Of a DNA stretch of 64,000 bases, positions 41,280 through 55,685 are shown piece by piece; position 1 is the stretch's first letter; each line of letters begins with the position of its first letter. Made by a program: the position numbers and the translations under genes. The notes beneath the pieces were generated by a model. That model was not told the DNA's origin, did not search any database, and saw nothing but the letters and a program-made list of their open reading frames with translations. Source of the stretch: Eledone cirrhosa (Eukaryota); assembly GCA_964016885.1 (NCBI GenBank), contig OZ024755.1, forward strand, positions 10,292,001 to 10,356,000. Direction: 5' to 3'.

Positions 41280-41372
41280 CACTATCTTCATCATCATCTT
41301 AATCATCATCATCATCACCATCATCATCATCATCTTCATCACCATCATCATCATCATCTTCATCACCACCAC

Positions 41373-41411
<39 letters not shown>

Positions 41412-41453
41412 TATCACCATCATCACCACCACCACCATCATCATCATCACCAA

Positions 41454-41521
<68 letters not shown>

Positions 41522-42975
41522 CCACCATCTTCTCATTACCAATGTCTTTCTTCACAAAATTCCTCCAGATAATTGAAATGGAATTTTGGTAATGATAATG
41601 AAGATGGTTAATGAAGACGGCAACGATGACAACGATGATGATGATGGCAACAGTGATCTTTGGTGGAGGTGGAGGTGGTGGTGGTGGTGGTTGAGCCGGT
41701 GGTAGTGGTGGTGGAGGTGCCGGTGGCAGTGGTGGTGGAGGTGCCGGTGCCGGTGGCAGTGGTGGTGGAGGTGGAGGTGCCGGTGGTGGTGGTTGAGCCG
41801 GTGGTAGTGGTGGTGGAGGTGCCGGTGGTGGTGGTGGTGCCGGTGGTAGTGGTGGTGGAGGTGCCGGTGGCAGTGGTGGTGGAGGTGCCGGTGGCAGTGG
41901 TGGTGGAGGTGCTGGTGGTGGTGGTGGTGGTGGTGGTGGTTGAGCCGGTGGTAGTGGTGGTGGAGGTGGAGGTGCCGGTGGTGGTGGTTGAGCCGGTGGT
42001 AGTGGTGGTGGAGGTGGAGGTGCCGGTGGTGGTGGTTGAGCCGGTGGTAGTGGTGGTGGAGGTGGAGGTGCCGGTGGTGGTGGTTGAGCCGGTGGTAGTG
42101 GTGGTGGAGGTGGAGGTGCCGGTGGTGGTGGTTGAGCCGGTGGCAGTGGTGGTGGAGGTGCCGGTGGTGGTGGTGGTGCCGGTGGTAGTGGTGGTGGAGG
42201 TGCCGGTGGTAGTGGTGGTGGAGGTGCCGGTGGCAGTGGTGGTGGAGGTGCTGGTGGTGGTGGTGGTGGTGGTTGAGCCGGTGGTAGTGGTGGTGGAGGT
42301 GCTGGTGGTAGTGGTGGTGGAGGTGCCGGTGGTGGTGGTGGTGGTGGTTGAGCCGGTGGTAGTGGTGGTGGTTGAGCCGGTGGTAGTGGTGGTGGAGGTG
42401 CCGGTGGTGGTGGTGGTGGTGGTTGAGCCGGTGGTAGTGGTGGTGGAGGTGCCGGTGGTGGTGGTGGTGGTGGTTGAGCCGGTGGTAGTGGTGGTGGAGG
42501 TGCCGGTGGTGGTGGTGGTGGAGGTGCCGGTGACAGTGGTGGTGGAGGTGCCGGTGGTGGTGGTGGTGGAGGTTCCGGTGGTGGTGGTGGTGGTGCCGGT
42601 GGCAGTGGTGGTGGTGGTGCCGGTGGCAGTGGGGGCGGAGGTGATGTAAGGGAATATGATGATTTTAATGATGGCGATGATAATGATGGCGACAGTGATG
42701 TTTGGTGGCTCATGGTGGTAGGATGTGGTGGTGATGGTGGTAGGATGTGGTGGTGATGGTGGTAGGATGTGGTGGTGATGGTGGTAGGATGTAGTGGTGA
42801 TGGTGGTAGGATGTGGTGGTGGTGGTGGTAGGATGTGGTGGTGGTGGTGGTGGTAGGATGTAGTGGTGATGGTGGTAGGATGTGGTGGTGGTGGTGGTGG
42901 TAGGGATGATACTGATGATGACGATCATCATCTTCATCACTAACACCTTGATGGTGGTGGTGGTGGTGGTGGCGA
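41280..42975. repeat. (CAT)n followed by a GGT-derived minisatellite (ggttgagccggtggtagtggtggtggaggtgcc) and a 22-bp repeat (tggtggtaggatgtggtggtga)
   Basis: Direct. Confidence 0.9.
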
Positions 42976-43504
42976 TAGTTTGCCCTTTTATATGGATTCT
43001 TCACACACACATATACACACATACACACACATACACTTACTTCTCTACACTCACACAGACATACACTAACACACACGCACATACACATACACACACATAT
43101 ACATACACACACATATACATATACACACCCTCACACTCAAACACAAACACATACACTTACATCTCCCCTCCCTCGCCCCACACCTATACACCCACACACA
43201 CACCCTTACATCTCCACACACATACATCTCCCACACACACCTATACACCCACACACACACCCTTACATCTCCACACACATACATCTCCCACACACACCTA
43301 TACACCCACCCACACAGACATACACTTACACCTCCACACACATACACTCCCCCCCCCACCCCCTACACACACATGAGAAATGCAACATCGACAGAAATTG
43401 GGGAAAATATTTCTCTTTTTTCTCCGAACATGGTTGTTTCACAATTAGCCATCATACATCAACCGAACAACTTCAAGGAGATGGTAATAATGATGACATT
43501 AATG

Positions 43505-43567
<63 letters not shown>

Positions 43568-44240
43568 GAGGAGGCTAGCCTACTGTGCAGGATCTGTGGA
43601 GAGAGAGAGGAGACTGTGGCTCACATTGTGTCCGAGTGTAAACACCTAGCCCAGACTTACTATAAGGGCTGGAGACACGATGTGATGGGCAGGGTGATCC
43701 ACTGGCACCTGTGCAAAGTAAACAATTTACCACATTCTGAGAAATGGTATGAGCATAGGCCAGAGGCGGTGATGGAGAACAATCAGGTGAAGGTGCTGTG
43801 GGATTTTAGGATACAGACGGACAAAAAACTGGAACACAATAGACCTGACCTGGTGGTTGTGGACAAAGAAAAAAGAACGTGTCTGATTGTGGATGTGGCC
43901 TGCCCGTTCGACACGAGAGTGCAAGAGAAGGAGAGGGAGAAAATTAACCGATACCAGGACCTAAAGTGGGAGGTGAAAAGGATTTGGAACTGCCATGAAG
44001 TCAAAGTGATCCCGATTGTCATAGGCGCACTGGGGACTATCTCCAAAAGTTTCCAGGGATGGTTAAAGAAAATCGGCCCCTTCACGCTTTTTGGAACGCT
44101 TCAAAAGGCATGCTTGCTTGGAACAGCAAGAACCCTCCGATACGTCCTGAATATCTGAGGCTGCAGGTAGTGGCTTGATATTCAATCCAACGGACTTTGC
44201 AGTTAACCAACATCAATGACTGAGATTCAATAATAATAAT
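43568..44240 (+). mobile_element. 5'-truncated R4/Dong-clade non-LTR retrotransposon (CCHC finger plus restriction-like endonuclease) in (TAA)n
   Basis: Open frame to 44158: CRICGEREETVAHIVSEC, RHD, PEAVMEN..KVLWDFRIQTD..HNRPDLVVVD..IVDVACP, KINRYQDL, VIPIVIGALG; (TAA)n on both sides. Confidence 0.92.
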
Positions 44241-44248
44241 TACACTGC

Positions 44249-44288
<40 letters not shown>

Positions 44289-44291
44289 GTT

Positions 44292-44416
44292 CTTTGAGTC
44301 TCAGTCATTGATGTTATTTAACTGTAAAGTTTGTTGAAATGACTATCAAGCCACTACCTTCAGCCTCAGACATTCAGGACGTATCGGAGGGTTCTTGCTG
44401 TTCCCAGCAAGCATGC
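44292..44416 (-). mobile_element. Inverted second copy of the R4/Dong 3' end
   Basis: Reverse complement of about 44108-44230, preceded by (TTA)n. Confidence 0.9.
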
Positions 44417-45004
44417 AGTTTGTTCAACTTTATGAGTTTATTGTGATAAAATGTTCACCTATTTTATATCTAATATGTAATTAACTAGAGAAAACCTGTA
44501 ATAAACTTTATGTGTTTTGTGTATTTTGTATATTTTAATACGTTTGTCGTTTGATGTATTTGTTACGTTGTGTTTGTGTCCTTATAATTTGATTGCGATT
44601 GAGATTTAACTGCTTTTTATAGCAAGTCGAGTGACTGACTGCATAGAGATCTTCTCGTTCTTTGTTCTTCCAATTTTACAAATGGATATTAAGTTATTGT
44701 TTAAATAAGACTCCTTGCATCAGTGTGCATATGAATGTGTGGAGAGGTGTGTGTGTGTGGGGGGGGGGGGGGTAGGAGAACATGCAGGCCTACTACAATA
44801 CATTTATAGATAATATGGAAAGATAACAGTGAAAAGGGGTGGGGGGGGGGATCTACAGAGAGAGAGGGGGAATGAACTATCGATTTGACAGGCATATTGA
44901 CAGACATACTGACAAACGTAGTGACATATGTAAGCAGACAGATGTAGAAAGAGAGAAATAGCTAAAATATGACATTTTATTCACATACATATATAACTAT
45001 ATTA

Positions 45005-45915
45005 TTGATATATCATCATCATCATCATCATCATCATCATAACCAGCTGCGACATTATCATCAACAACACCATATCTAACACCACCACCACCACCACCAC
45101 CACCACCGCAATAGCTAACATCGTCATTATGACTACCACCACCACCACCACCACCAAAATAGCTAACACCGCTACCACCACCAACACCACTACAACACCA
45201 ATCCCGATCATCATCACAGCCACCAACAACAGCACCGTCACCACCACCACCACCACCGTTTCCACCACCACCACCACCACTACCACTACCACCACCACCA
45301 CACCACCAGTCACCACCACCACCACTACCTTCAACACCACCACCTTCAACACCACCACCACCATTATCATCATCATCATCAACAATAATCACTAATATAT
45401 CAGTGGTGGTGTAAAACAAAACAAAAAAAAAACCTAACTCGGAAGAAGGAAACTATAATTTAATCAATAAATAACGTGATAAATATTAGTAAACTTTCTA
45501 CATATCTGGGGATAATAAGGAGAGAAGATTAGCAGAGGAGTTTAGCTGGAAGGGGAGAGAATATAGAGGCATAACACACACACATAAATACACACACATA
45601 TATACATACACATATATATACATACACATACATACATGAATACATACATATATATATATACATACACATACATACATGAATACATACATATATATATACA
45701 TACACACACATACATGAATACATACATATATATATATATATACATACACACACATACATGAATACATACATACATATATATATACATACACACACATACA
45801 TGAATACATACATATATATATACATACACACACATACATGAATACATACATATATATATATATATACATACACACACATACATGAATACATAAATATATA
45901 TACATAAATAGATAC

Positions 45916-46008
<93 letters not shown>

Positions 46009-46202
46009 CATAGATATCAAATTCGAGAATGAATAAACTGTGTGTAAAGTATGTATGTGTGCATATATGTAAGTATATGTATGGAAAGTATGTTTGCATA
46101 TAAGGTCTGTGTGTATGGAAAGCATATATTTATACATATATATGTGTGTATGTGTGTGTGTGTGCCAGTGTGTGTGTGTGAGTGTGCATGTGTGAGAGAG
46201 AG

Positions 46203-46268
<66 letters not shown>

Positions 46269-46429
46269 TGTGTGTGTGTGTGTGAGTGTGTCTGTGGGTG
46301 TGTGTGAGTGTGTGTGTGTGGTAGATAAGTTGAAATATTGGGAAAGTAGAGAAAAAAGAGCTGGAAGTAAAATATTAAGAGAATGAGTAAAAGTGTGATT
46401 GTGGGGGGGGGGGGGGGTGATGGTTTGGA

Positions 46430-46487
<58 letters not shown>

Positions 46488-46593
46488 ATATGTATGTGTG
46501 AGTGTGTCTATATATATGAACATATATATGAATAAATGTATTATATACGTATGCATGTATGTAGATAGATAGGTAAGTAAGCACACACACACG

Positions 46594-46646
<53 letters not shown>

Positions 46647-46653
46647 GTATATG

Positions 46654-46730
<77 letters not shown>

Positions 46731-46787
46731 TGATCTTCACAATCAACGACCTATGCTGTAATCATGCAAAACCAATCCACGTACTTA

Positions 46788-46818
<31 letters not shown>

Positions 46819-48032
46819 TGTATGTATGTATGTATGTATGTATGTAGATAAGCAGGTTTGTAGGTAACTACATATATGTGCGTGCATGTGTGTACGAATA
46901 TAGGTAAGAAGTTAGGTAGGTAGGTAGGTAGGTAGGTAAGAAAGTAAAAAGGTAGGAAGGGGGTAGGTAGGTTGGGAGATAATAAAGAAGGCAAACAGAA
47001 GAAAGTCAGTCGTAATGACAGTTATCATGATCTTAAGCTTGGAATGACAAACCTTCCATTTCTCATTTCTCTTTGATATATTTAATTATAACAATAGAAG
47101 AATAAGTAAAACAAATAGAAACATAAAGATAAACACAAAAATAAATGAAAATAAAAGTATAAATATACAGAAAATAACGTAATTAAATAAATAAGCAAGT
47201 AAATAAATGTATAAAATGTATAAAATACAAAGGTTTCCATGCTGTCGTCTGCAATCATTAATTTAATTTTTTTTTAACTCTGCCGCGCGTTCTGGGAAGA
47301 CAATGGCGAAGTGACTTAGTTGGTGACTCGCGTTCAAATATAGGCTTCATGCTGCTATTTTATAGACGAATGTCTTAAAATTCAATCATTTACTGTGAGC
47401 CATAACGGTAACAACAACAACAACGACAACAGCAGCGACGACAACGACAGAAGTACCAGCGACAATGACAACACCAACAACGAACGACAAAACCACCAAA
47501 ATAACAATGACAACAGCACCACTATCAACAAAAACAGACAAGAACACCACCACCACCAACAACAACAACAACAGCAACGGTAACAAGAACTCCAATAACA
47601 ACAATATCAACAAACCACTACCGCCACCGCCACCACCACCACCACCACCACCACCGCCACCACCACCACCAACAACAACAGTAATAACAACAAAACAACC
47701 ACCAACAGTACCAACAACAACAACAACCACCACTACCACCAACAGTACCACCATTAACAACAACAACCACCAACAACACCAACAACAACTACAACGACAG
47801 AATGTCCAAATTTGCCTGAAGGACAAAACAAGACAGTTTCACGGCATTACAATGTAATGTTTAAGACAAGAAACAATTATATAAACTGTGACAGAAACAT
47901 TGCATTGATGGTGTTGGTGGTGTGTGGTGGTAGTGATGCTGGTGGTGGTGGTGGTGTGGTGGTGGTGGTGGTGGTGGTGGTGGTGGTGGTGGTAGTGGTG
48001 GTGGTGTGTGGTGGTGGTAGTGGTGATGGAGG

Positions 48033-48064
<32 letters not shown>

Positions 48065-48305
48065 GTAATGATGATGATGATGATGGTGGTAATGATGATG
48101 ATGTTGATGATGATGATGATGATGTTGATGAAGATGATGATAATAATGATGATGGTGGTAGTGATGATGGTGATGATGATAATGATGAGGATGATGATGA
48201 TGATGATGAGAAAACCAAAAGTAAAAAATATGACTTCCAGGAATCTATGGCAGACATTCCGAAGAACCCGTGAAAATAATAGAAGCAGCTGGAGAGACGA
48301 GACGG

Positions 48306-48377
<72 letters not shown>

Positions 48378-49551
48378 ATGTAAGTATATGTGTATAATTT
48401 CTCTATTATATATATATACATACATACACACATATATATATATACATATATATATGTGTGTGTGTATGTAAGTATATGTGTATAATTTGTCTATTATATA
48501 TATATATACATACACACATATATATATATATATATTGATACACACATACACAAACATGCACACACAGATATACTCCCATATATACACACACATACACAGA
48601 CATATACACACTCACACATACACACTTATAAACAACATGCACACGTGTGTATATATTGTGTGTGCTTATTTATACATGTGTATGTAGAAAATTGCTTGTG
48701 CATATAAACGCCCGTTTTCATGTCTTTAAGTGTGCTTGTGTGTATGTGTGACGTAGTTGGGGTGTGTTTGTGTACGTGTGTGTGTATGTGTGTGTCGGAG
48801 TGGAGATTATGGGTGTGACTATATATGTGTGAAAGTGTGTACGTGTATGTATGTGTGTCGTGAGGGATATGTTTGTGTGGAGAGATTGGGGATTGTGTGT
48901 GTGAGTGTTTGTGTATGTACGTGTGTGTATGTGTGTGTGGGGTGATGTATGTATGTGTGTGTATGTGTGTACGTGTGTGTATGTGTGTGTGTAGGGTGGT
49001 GTATGTATGTGTGTGTATCATGTGTGTGTGTGTTTGGAGTGGTGTATGTATGCGTATGTATGTGTGTGTATGTGTGTACATGTGTGTGTGTGAGTGGTGT
49101 ATGTATGTGTGTATATGTGTGTGTGGGTGGTGTATGTATGCATGTGTGTATCTGTGTGTGTGTGTGTTTGGAGTGGTGTATGTATGTGTATGTATGTGTG
49201 TGTATGTGTGTGTATGTGTGAACATGTGTGTGTATGTATGTGTGTGTATGTATGTGTGAACATGTGTGTATGTGTGTGTGGGGTGGTGTATGTATGTGTG
49301 TGTATATGTGTGTGGGGTGGTGTATGTATGTGTATATGTGTGTGTGGGTGGTGTATGTATGTATGCATGCATGTGTGTGTGTGTGTGGGGGGTGGTGTAT
49401 GTGTGTGTATATGTGTGTGTGGGGTGGTGTATGTATGTGTGTGACGGTCAGGTGTGATATTTTTGTGGTTTCTGTGTGTATGTAAAGTGTTCCTATGTGT
49501 GTACCTGATTACTTCCATGTCTATATATATATATGTGTGTATATACTTATG

Positions 49552-49588
<37 letters not shown>

Positions 49589-49875
49589 TATAGTAATGCT
49601 GCTGTTGTTGATGATAAAGATGATGATGATGGTGAAAAAAATGATAATGATAGTAACAATAACGATGATGATGATGATGCTGGTGGTGGTGGCGGTGTTG
49701 ATGTTGATGATGATGGCGGTAATGATGATGATGATGATGATGATGGTGATGGTGATGATGATGGTAATGATGATGGTGGTGATGATGATGATGGTGATGA
49801 TGATGATGGTGGTGGTGATGATGATGATGGTGATGATGATGATGGTGATGAAGATGAAGATGATGATGGTGATGA

Positions 49876-49907
<32 letters not shown>

Positions 49908-50211
49908 ATGATGATGATGGTGATGATGATGGTGATGATGATGATGATGATGATGATGGTGATGGTGATGGTAATGATGATGATGGTGATGATGATGAAG
50001 ATGATGATGATGATGATGGTGGTGATGATGATGATGGTGATGATGATGGTGGTGGTGATGATGATGATGGTGATGATGATGATGGTGATGAAGATGAAGA
50101 TGATGATGGTGATGATGATGATAATGATGATGGTGATGATGGTGACATTCTTGATGACAATGGATCAGGACCGGGAGAAATTGAAGGACAGAGAAGAGTG
50201 TTTGAGGAATT

Positions 50212-50285
<74 letters not shown>

Positions 50286-50451
50286 ATACACACACATATA
50301 TACAGACACATACACAGACACACTCATGCAATTACATACTCACTCTTCTCTCTCTTTCACACACGCACATATAATATATGTGTGTTTGTGTATGTATGGA
50401 GACTGAATACTTTGTGTGTGAGAGTGTGTGTCAACAAACACACTCTCTCTC

Positions 50452-50483
<32 letters not shown>

Positions 50484-50560
50484 CTCATGGTGTATATATG
50501 TATATATATGTGTATATATGTGTGTTAGAGTGTGTGTGTCAACACACACCAACTCTCAGT
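45005..50560. repeat. Field of microsatellites ((CAT), (ACC), (TA), (TG), (CAA), (GAT)) separated by short unique islands
   Basis: Direct. Confidence 0.85.
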
Positions 50561-51378
50561 GTCTCAGTTTGAAATGACTCAGCCATTTCCCCCAACAGCC
50601 AATATTTCGTAGAGAGAGAGGAGGAAGGACAAGTAAAGAGAGGGGAAAAGTTGTTAAGAGATAAGGGAAGGGAAGAAGCAGTGTGTATCCCTTTTGTCTA
50701 TACCTTTTTCCGGTGATTTTTCCTGCTAAAATACGGGGGAGGGAGCATAGTTAGACATACGCAGTCTATTTGTCACCTTCATTCATTCATTCATTCGTTC
50801 AATTCAGTCCACTATACTATCTTCTATCATCTCTGACTAGAATAAATCCCATCTTCACTTCCTTCCTACCTACTTACCTCCCTTTCTTTCACTTCTCTCA
50901 CCTCTTTTCTTCTTCTTCTTCTACACACACACACACACATACATGACACACACACTGACACATGCATGCATACACACACAGATAAACGCTTACAGACACA
51001 GAAACCCGCAAACATACAAACACATACGCACAAACACACACACCCATACACACACAAACACACACACACACACGCACACACATTCAAATACACATACACA
51101 CTGGTACATTTTTATCACATTTGGAAGGTCTCTCTCTATTGGTACTCTGAGTATCGCGCCAGGAGCAAACTGCGTGATAAGAGGGAAAACAGCAAAACTC
51201 AGAGTAGTGACGGAGTGTTATCTCAGTGATATAATGGTTTCTAATTTAGACACAAAACCAGCAATTTCGATAAAATAACGTACTTTACTGATACTGTATG
51301 AAAGGCAAAGTTGACCTCCACGAAATTTCAACCCAGAAAGAACCGGAAACATACTACTAAGCATATGTCAAATATATG

Positions 51379-51473
<95 letters not shown>

Positions 51474-51764
51474 AATAATAACGAATTTGGTCGTTTTGGA
51501 AGCCTCAACAAATGCAGATGGGTAAATCGCCAGGTAACAGAATCCGGTGGTGCTGAGAGAGATATAAGAGGAAATGTAGAATGAGACGTATAGTGTGTAG
51601 AGGAACGTAGGAAAGAGCGTAAAAATAATAACACGAGATAGATATTTAATTGGAAGATATTTAATTGTCCCTATATTTCGGATTTCGCATCCATCAACTG
51701 GGGGTTTTTCCGAGGGGGAAAGTTTTTAGTCGGAGAGGAACGGTACATGGCCTCTGTTGTCCCC

Positions 51765-51829
<65 letters not shown>

Positions 51830-51832
<3 letters not shown>

Positions 51833-51885
51833 AATGAGTACCTTACTTACTGTGGGTACCCTCGATTGAACCTGGGATAAACTTA
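51830..51885 (-). mobile_element. Short (TA)n-embedded repeat; reverse complement of about 38347-38400
   Basis: gagtaccttacttactgtgg.tacc..gattgaacc.gggataaa occurs at both sites. Confidence 0.75.
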
Positions 51886-52638
51886 TATATATATATATAC
51901 ATATACACAGACACACACATATATATATATATATATATATGGAGAAACGGACAGTCCCATCTCCTCAGTCAACCTCTGAAAATCACTGAGGTCTCGGTAT
52001 TTAAGGTCGATACCATTCATCCCAGTGCACATTGGGACCTAACAAAACGGAGACAAGTTATGCCTTTACGCAAATTGCACAAATATAGAATGCGTATATA
52101 TATATATATATTTACTTAACTTCTCTCTCTATCTCTCCCACCATCTCTCCTCCCGCAACCCCATATAAGGTCTGCCCATTCTTCAGCGTTCCTCGATCCC
52201 TCGTATCTGATCCCTCTTTCTATATGTCTGTATTAATCTTTTAACTCTACTCCTCAATCTAATCCCTCCCAATTTTAAGATAATCTCTTGTTCTCTGTAT
52301 AAACTCACTCACACATGTATATATATGTGTGTATGCTTATGCATATATATACATATATATATATATATATACATACATATATATATAAACATCTATGTGT
52401 ATATATATGTCATTCCTATTATCTTCCTGTGTGTACGTACTTATACGTGTGTGTGTCAATGTATAATATATGTTTAAACCACTTACTCTGTGAGATTCTC
52501 ATAGTTTGTCGTCAACTGGGGATTTGCGGGATTTTACTATCAATATTCCGAATAAATTAGCCTTTCCCCCTTTCTACTTCATCTCTCTATCTATCTAGTT
52601 ATCTATCCTTCTATCCATCTACCTACCTTTCAATCTAT

Positions 52639-52715
<77 letters not shown>

Positions 52716-52716
<1 letters not shown>

Positions 52717-53579
52717 GGAGACTCCACTTCGACATTCTATAGAGGGTTGGTCCGCAGCAAGTGCGACGACGCGCTCGGAGAAACTCTGGGCGTAGAGGAG
52801 AACGAACTGGCCAGTCTGTTCGGTAGGACCTTGCGCCCGGGACCAATGGACAACTTCCAAAAGTCCCTGGCCTGGCAGTGCTACCGAAGAGCTCTACCAG
52901 TTCGAGACAAGCTCTACAGACACGGGCGCCCGGGCAGGTACCCTTCGAAAAAGATCTGTGCGAGACGCATTTGTACACTGCCCGGGCGTTACCGACCTGT
53001 GGGGCTATGTAGAACGACTATTGTCGCGGATGGGACCAGTCCAGTCGACCACCGAGTCCATTGTCATGATGAAACAGCCACCCTCCTTCAAAAACGAGGG
53101 AGATGCGGTATTCCTATGTGTTATGGCTATGGTGAAAGAGGTTATATGGTGGACGAGGTTAAAAGGGCTGAGGTCAGACACCTTTCTCTCCGGCGAGCAA
53201 CTGATTCGTTTTTTCAAATATCATTTTGGAAGAAGAATCAGGATGGAGAGAGAGGTGCTGTACCCCAGCAAATTTTATAAAAGGTGGGTGAATGTGGCCA
53301 AGATGGCCAGAGTGGTTGGGCCTTCTCTCTATATAAGCCTGTAGGTTGAGGAAAAAGGGGAAGAGGGGAAGGGAGTACTCACTCTTGGTGCTCCTGGAGA
53401 TGAGGGTTGTACATTTTTTTTTGGGGGGGGGGGTACAACCCCTGTGTCATGCCTCCCCCCTATTGGGGATTTCAATTGTTATTTGTTATTTTATTAATAG
53501 TTTTATTTTCATATACCTGTATGTAAACTCCCCATTTGTATTTTCCCCCTTCTTTTGTGCCCTTGTGGCTAATAAAGAA

Positions 53580-53580
<1 letters not shown>
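52716..53580 (+). mobile_element. Tx1/L1-clade LINE 3' fragment in (TCTA)n
   Basis: LAWQCYRRALPVRDKLYRHG / AFVHCP..DLWGYVE / KEVIWWTR / KRW (zf-RVT-type C-terminus); frameshift near 52940; stop at 53344; aataaa followed by (TCTA)n. Confidence 0.85.
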
Positions 53581-53640
<60 letters not shown>

Positions 53641-53650
53641 CTTCATCTAA

Positions 53651-54255
53651 CACTGCCCGGGCGTAACTGACCTATGGAACTATGCAGAACAATTTCTGTC
53701 GCGGATGGGACAAATCCAGTTGACTGCCGAGTCCATAGTAAGGATCAAACCGCCAGCCTCTTTCAAAAACGAAAGAGAGGCGGTTTTCCTCTGTACAGTG
53801 GCTATGGTGAAAGAGGTTATATGGTGGACGAGATTGAGAGGACTGAGGACAGATGCCTTTCTCTCCGGACAACAATTGATTCCCTTCTTTAAGTATCACT
53901 TTAGAAGGAGAATCAGAGTGGAGAGAGAGGCACTGCACCCCCAGTAAATTTACTGAAAGGTGGGTGAATGAAGCGAAAATGGCCCGAGTTATTGGGCCTT
54001 CTCTGTTTATAAGCCTGTAGGTTAAAGAAGAGAGCAAAAGGAAGAAGGGAGCACTTGTACAACACGCTCCTGAAGTTGAGGGTTGTTCTATCGACGGGGT
54101 ATTAAACAACCCATTTGTGTCGCTTCCCCTCTATTGGGGATTTCGATTGTTATAATTGTTTGTTTTATATTTTTTACCCGACTGTATGTAAAATCCCCGG
54201 CATGTGTCTTTGTATTGTCCTCTTTTCTTGTGCGCCCTTGTAGAAAATAAAGAAA
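53651..54255 (+). mobile_element. Second, shorter Tx1/L1 3' fragment of a related subfamily
   Basis: AMVKEVIWWTRLRGLRTD..FFKYHFRRRIRVERE; homologous 3'UTR ending aataaagaaa then tcta repeats. Confidence 0.85.
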
Positions 54256-55050
54256 TATATCTATCTATCTCTCTGTGTAACTATCTACCTACCTATCTAT
54301 GTACCTACCTATCTATCTATCCATCTATCTATGTCGGTTTCTTCCGGCTTTATCCGTTGCTGGATCATTCTCCAGATACAACTGGTACTCATTTTCAGCT
54401 GAGTGAACTGGAGCAATGTGAAATTGACGTGCTCAAAGACACAACACTTCAGTCGGTTCAAGAATCGAACCTACCACTTTACGATTGTCAGTCCAACACC
54501 CTAACCATTAGGCCTCAGGTCTTCAAAACTTCTAAAGAGTTTCCCCTCAAAACGCTACTCCCAGGCCCATCATTATCAAAGACCGTGAATTGTCAGATAG
54601 GTTAGAAAAGAGAGTTAAATACTTTAGTCTTGTACTTTCTGAGTTCAAATCTAGGGAATGTACACTTTGATTTCTATACTGAACATAAACATGGGTCGTT
54701 ATATATGTGTATATATGTGTATTGAGTTGTAGAATACTCACACACACACACACAAACACACACATATATATATGTATATAGCAAAGAAAGTGTGGTAACG
54801 ACCGGAGCTCAACCGTTGGGATCCTAACTCTTTTCCTAAAGCAACAACACACACATACATACATAATACATATATATATATATATATAGATATATATACA
54901 CATACACATATATATATATATTGCAACTGAGAGTATATATGTGTGCTGAGTGTGTATATATGAGTCCAATAACACAATGTTGGCTTGGCAACCCGCCGGA
55001 AGGTTATTTTCGTTTTACGTTATTTCATTGTTATAATATATATATATATA

Positions 55051-55165
<115 letters not shown>

Positions 55166-55179
55166 ATAAATATATGTGC

Positions 55180-55221
<42 letters not shown>

Positions 55222-55235
55222 ATAAATATATGTGC

Positions 55236-55300
<65 letters not shown>

Positions 55301-55617
55301 TTAGTTGTTTTAGTCAACCGTTTGTTTATGCTACAATTGAATCTCACTGAGTCATACTTTGTAATTAGTCTATACTATTGTTTCAGTAGTGTTAGTATAT
55401 ATGTGTGTATATGCATATATATATATATGTGTGTGTGTGAGTATATGTGCGAGTGTGTGTGGAGGTGATTAAATAAATCATTGAACGTTTTTTGTTCTTA
55501 TTCAAAACTATAACAATTTCATATATATGTGTATGTGTGCTTCTATTTATGTGTGTGCGTGTGTGTGTGAGAGTATATATATAAATGTGTGTATGTATGT
55601 ATATCAGTCAATATATG

Positions 55618-55685
<68 letters not shown>

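Noticed and set aside
41187-43112. 641-aa formin/extensin-like proline-rich ORF
   Set aside because: It is built from (TG)n, (CAC)n and (ATG)n tracts and has no FH2 or other domain.
49454-50528. Asp-rich (aspein-like) or His-rich protein
   Set aside because: It is a (GAT)n microsatellite open in several frames, with no signal peptide or splice support.
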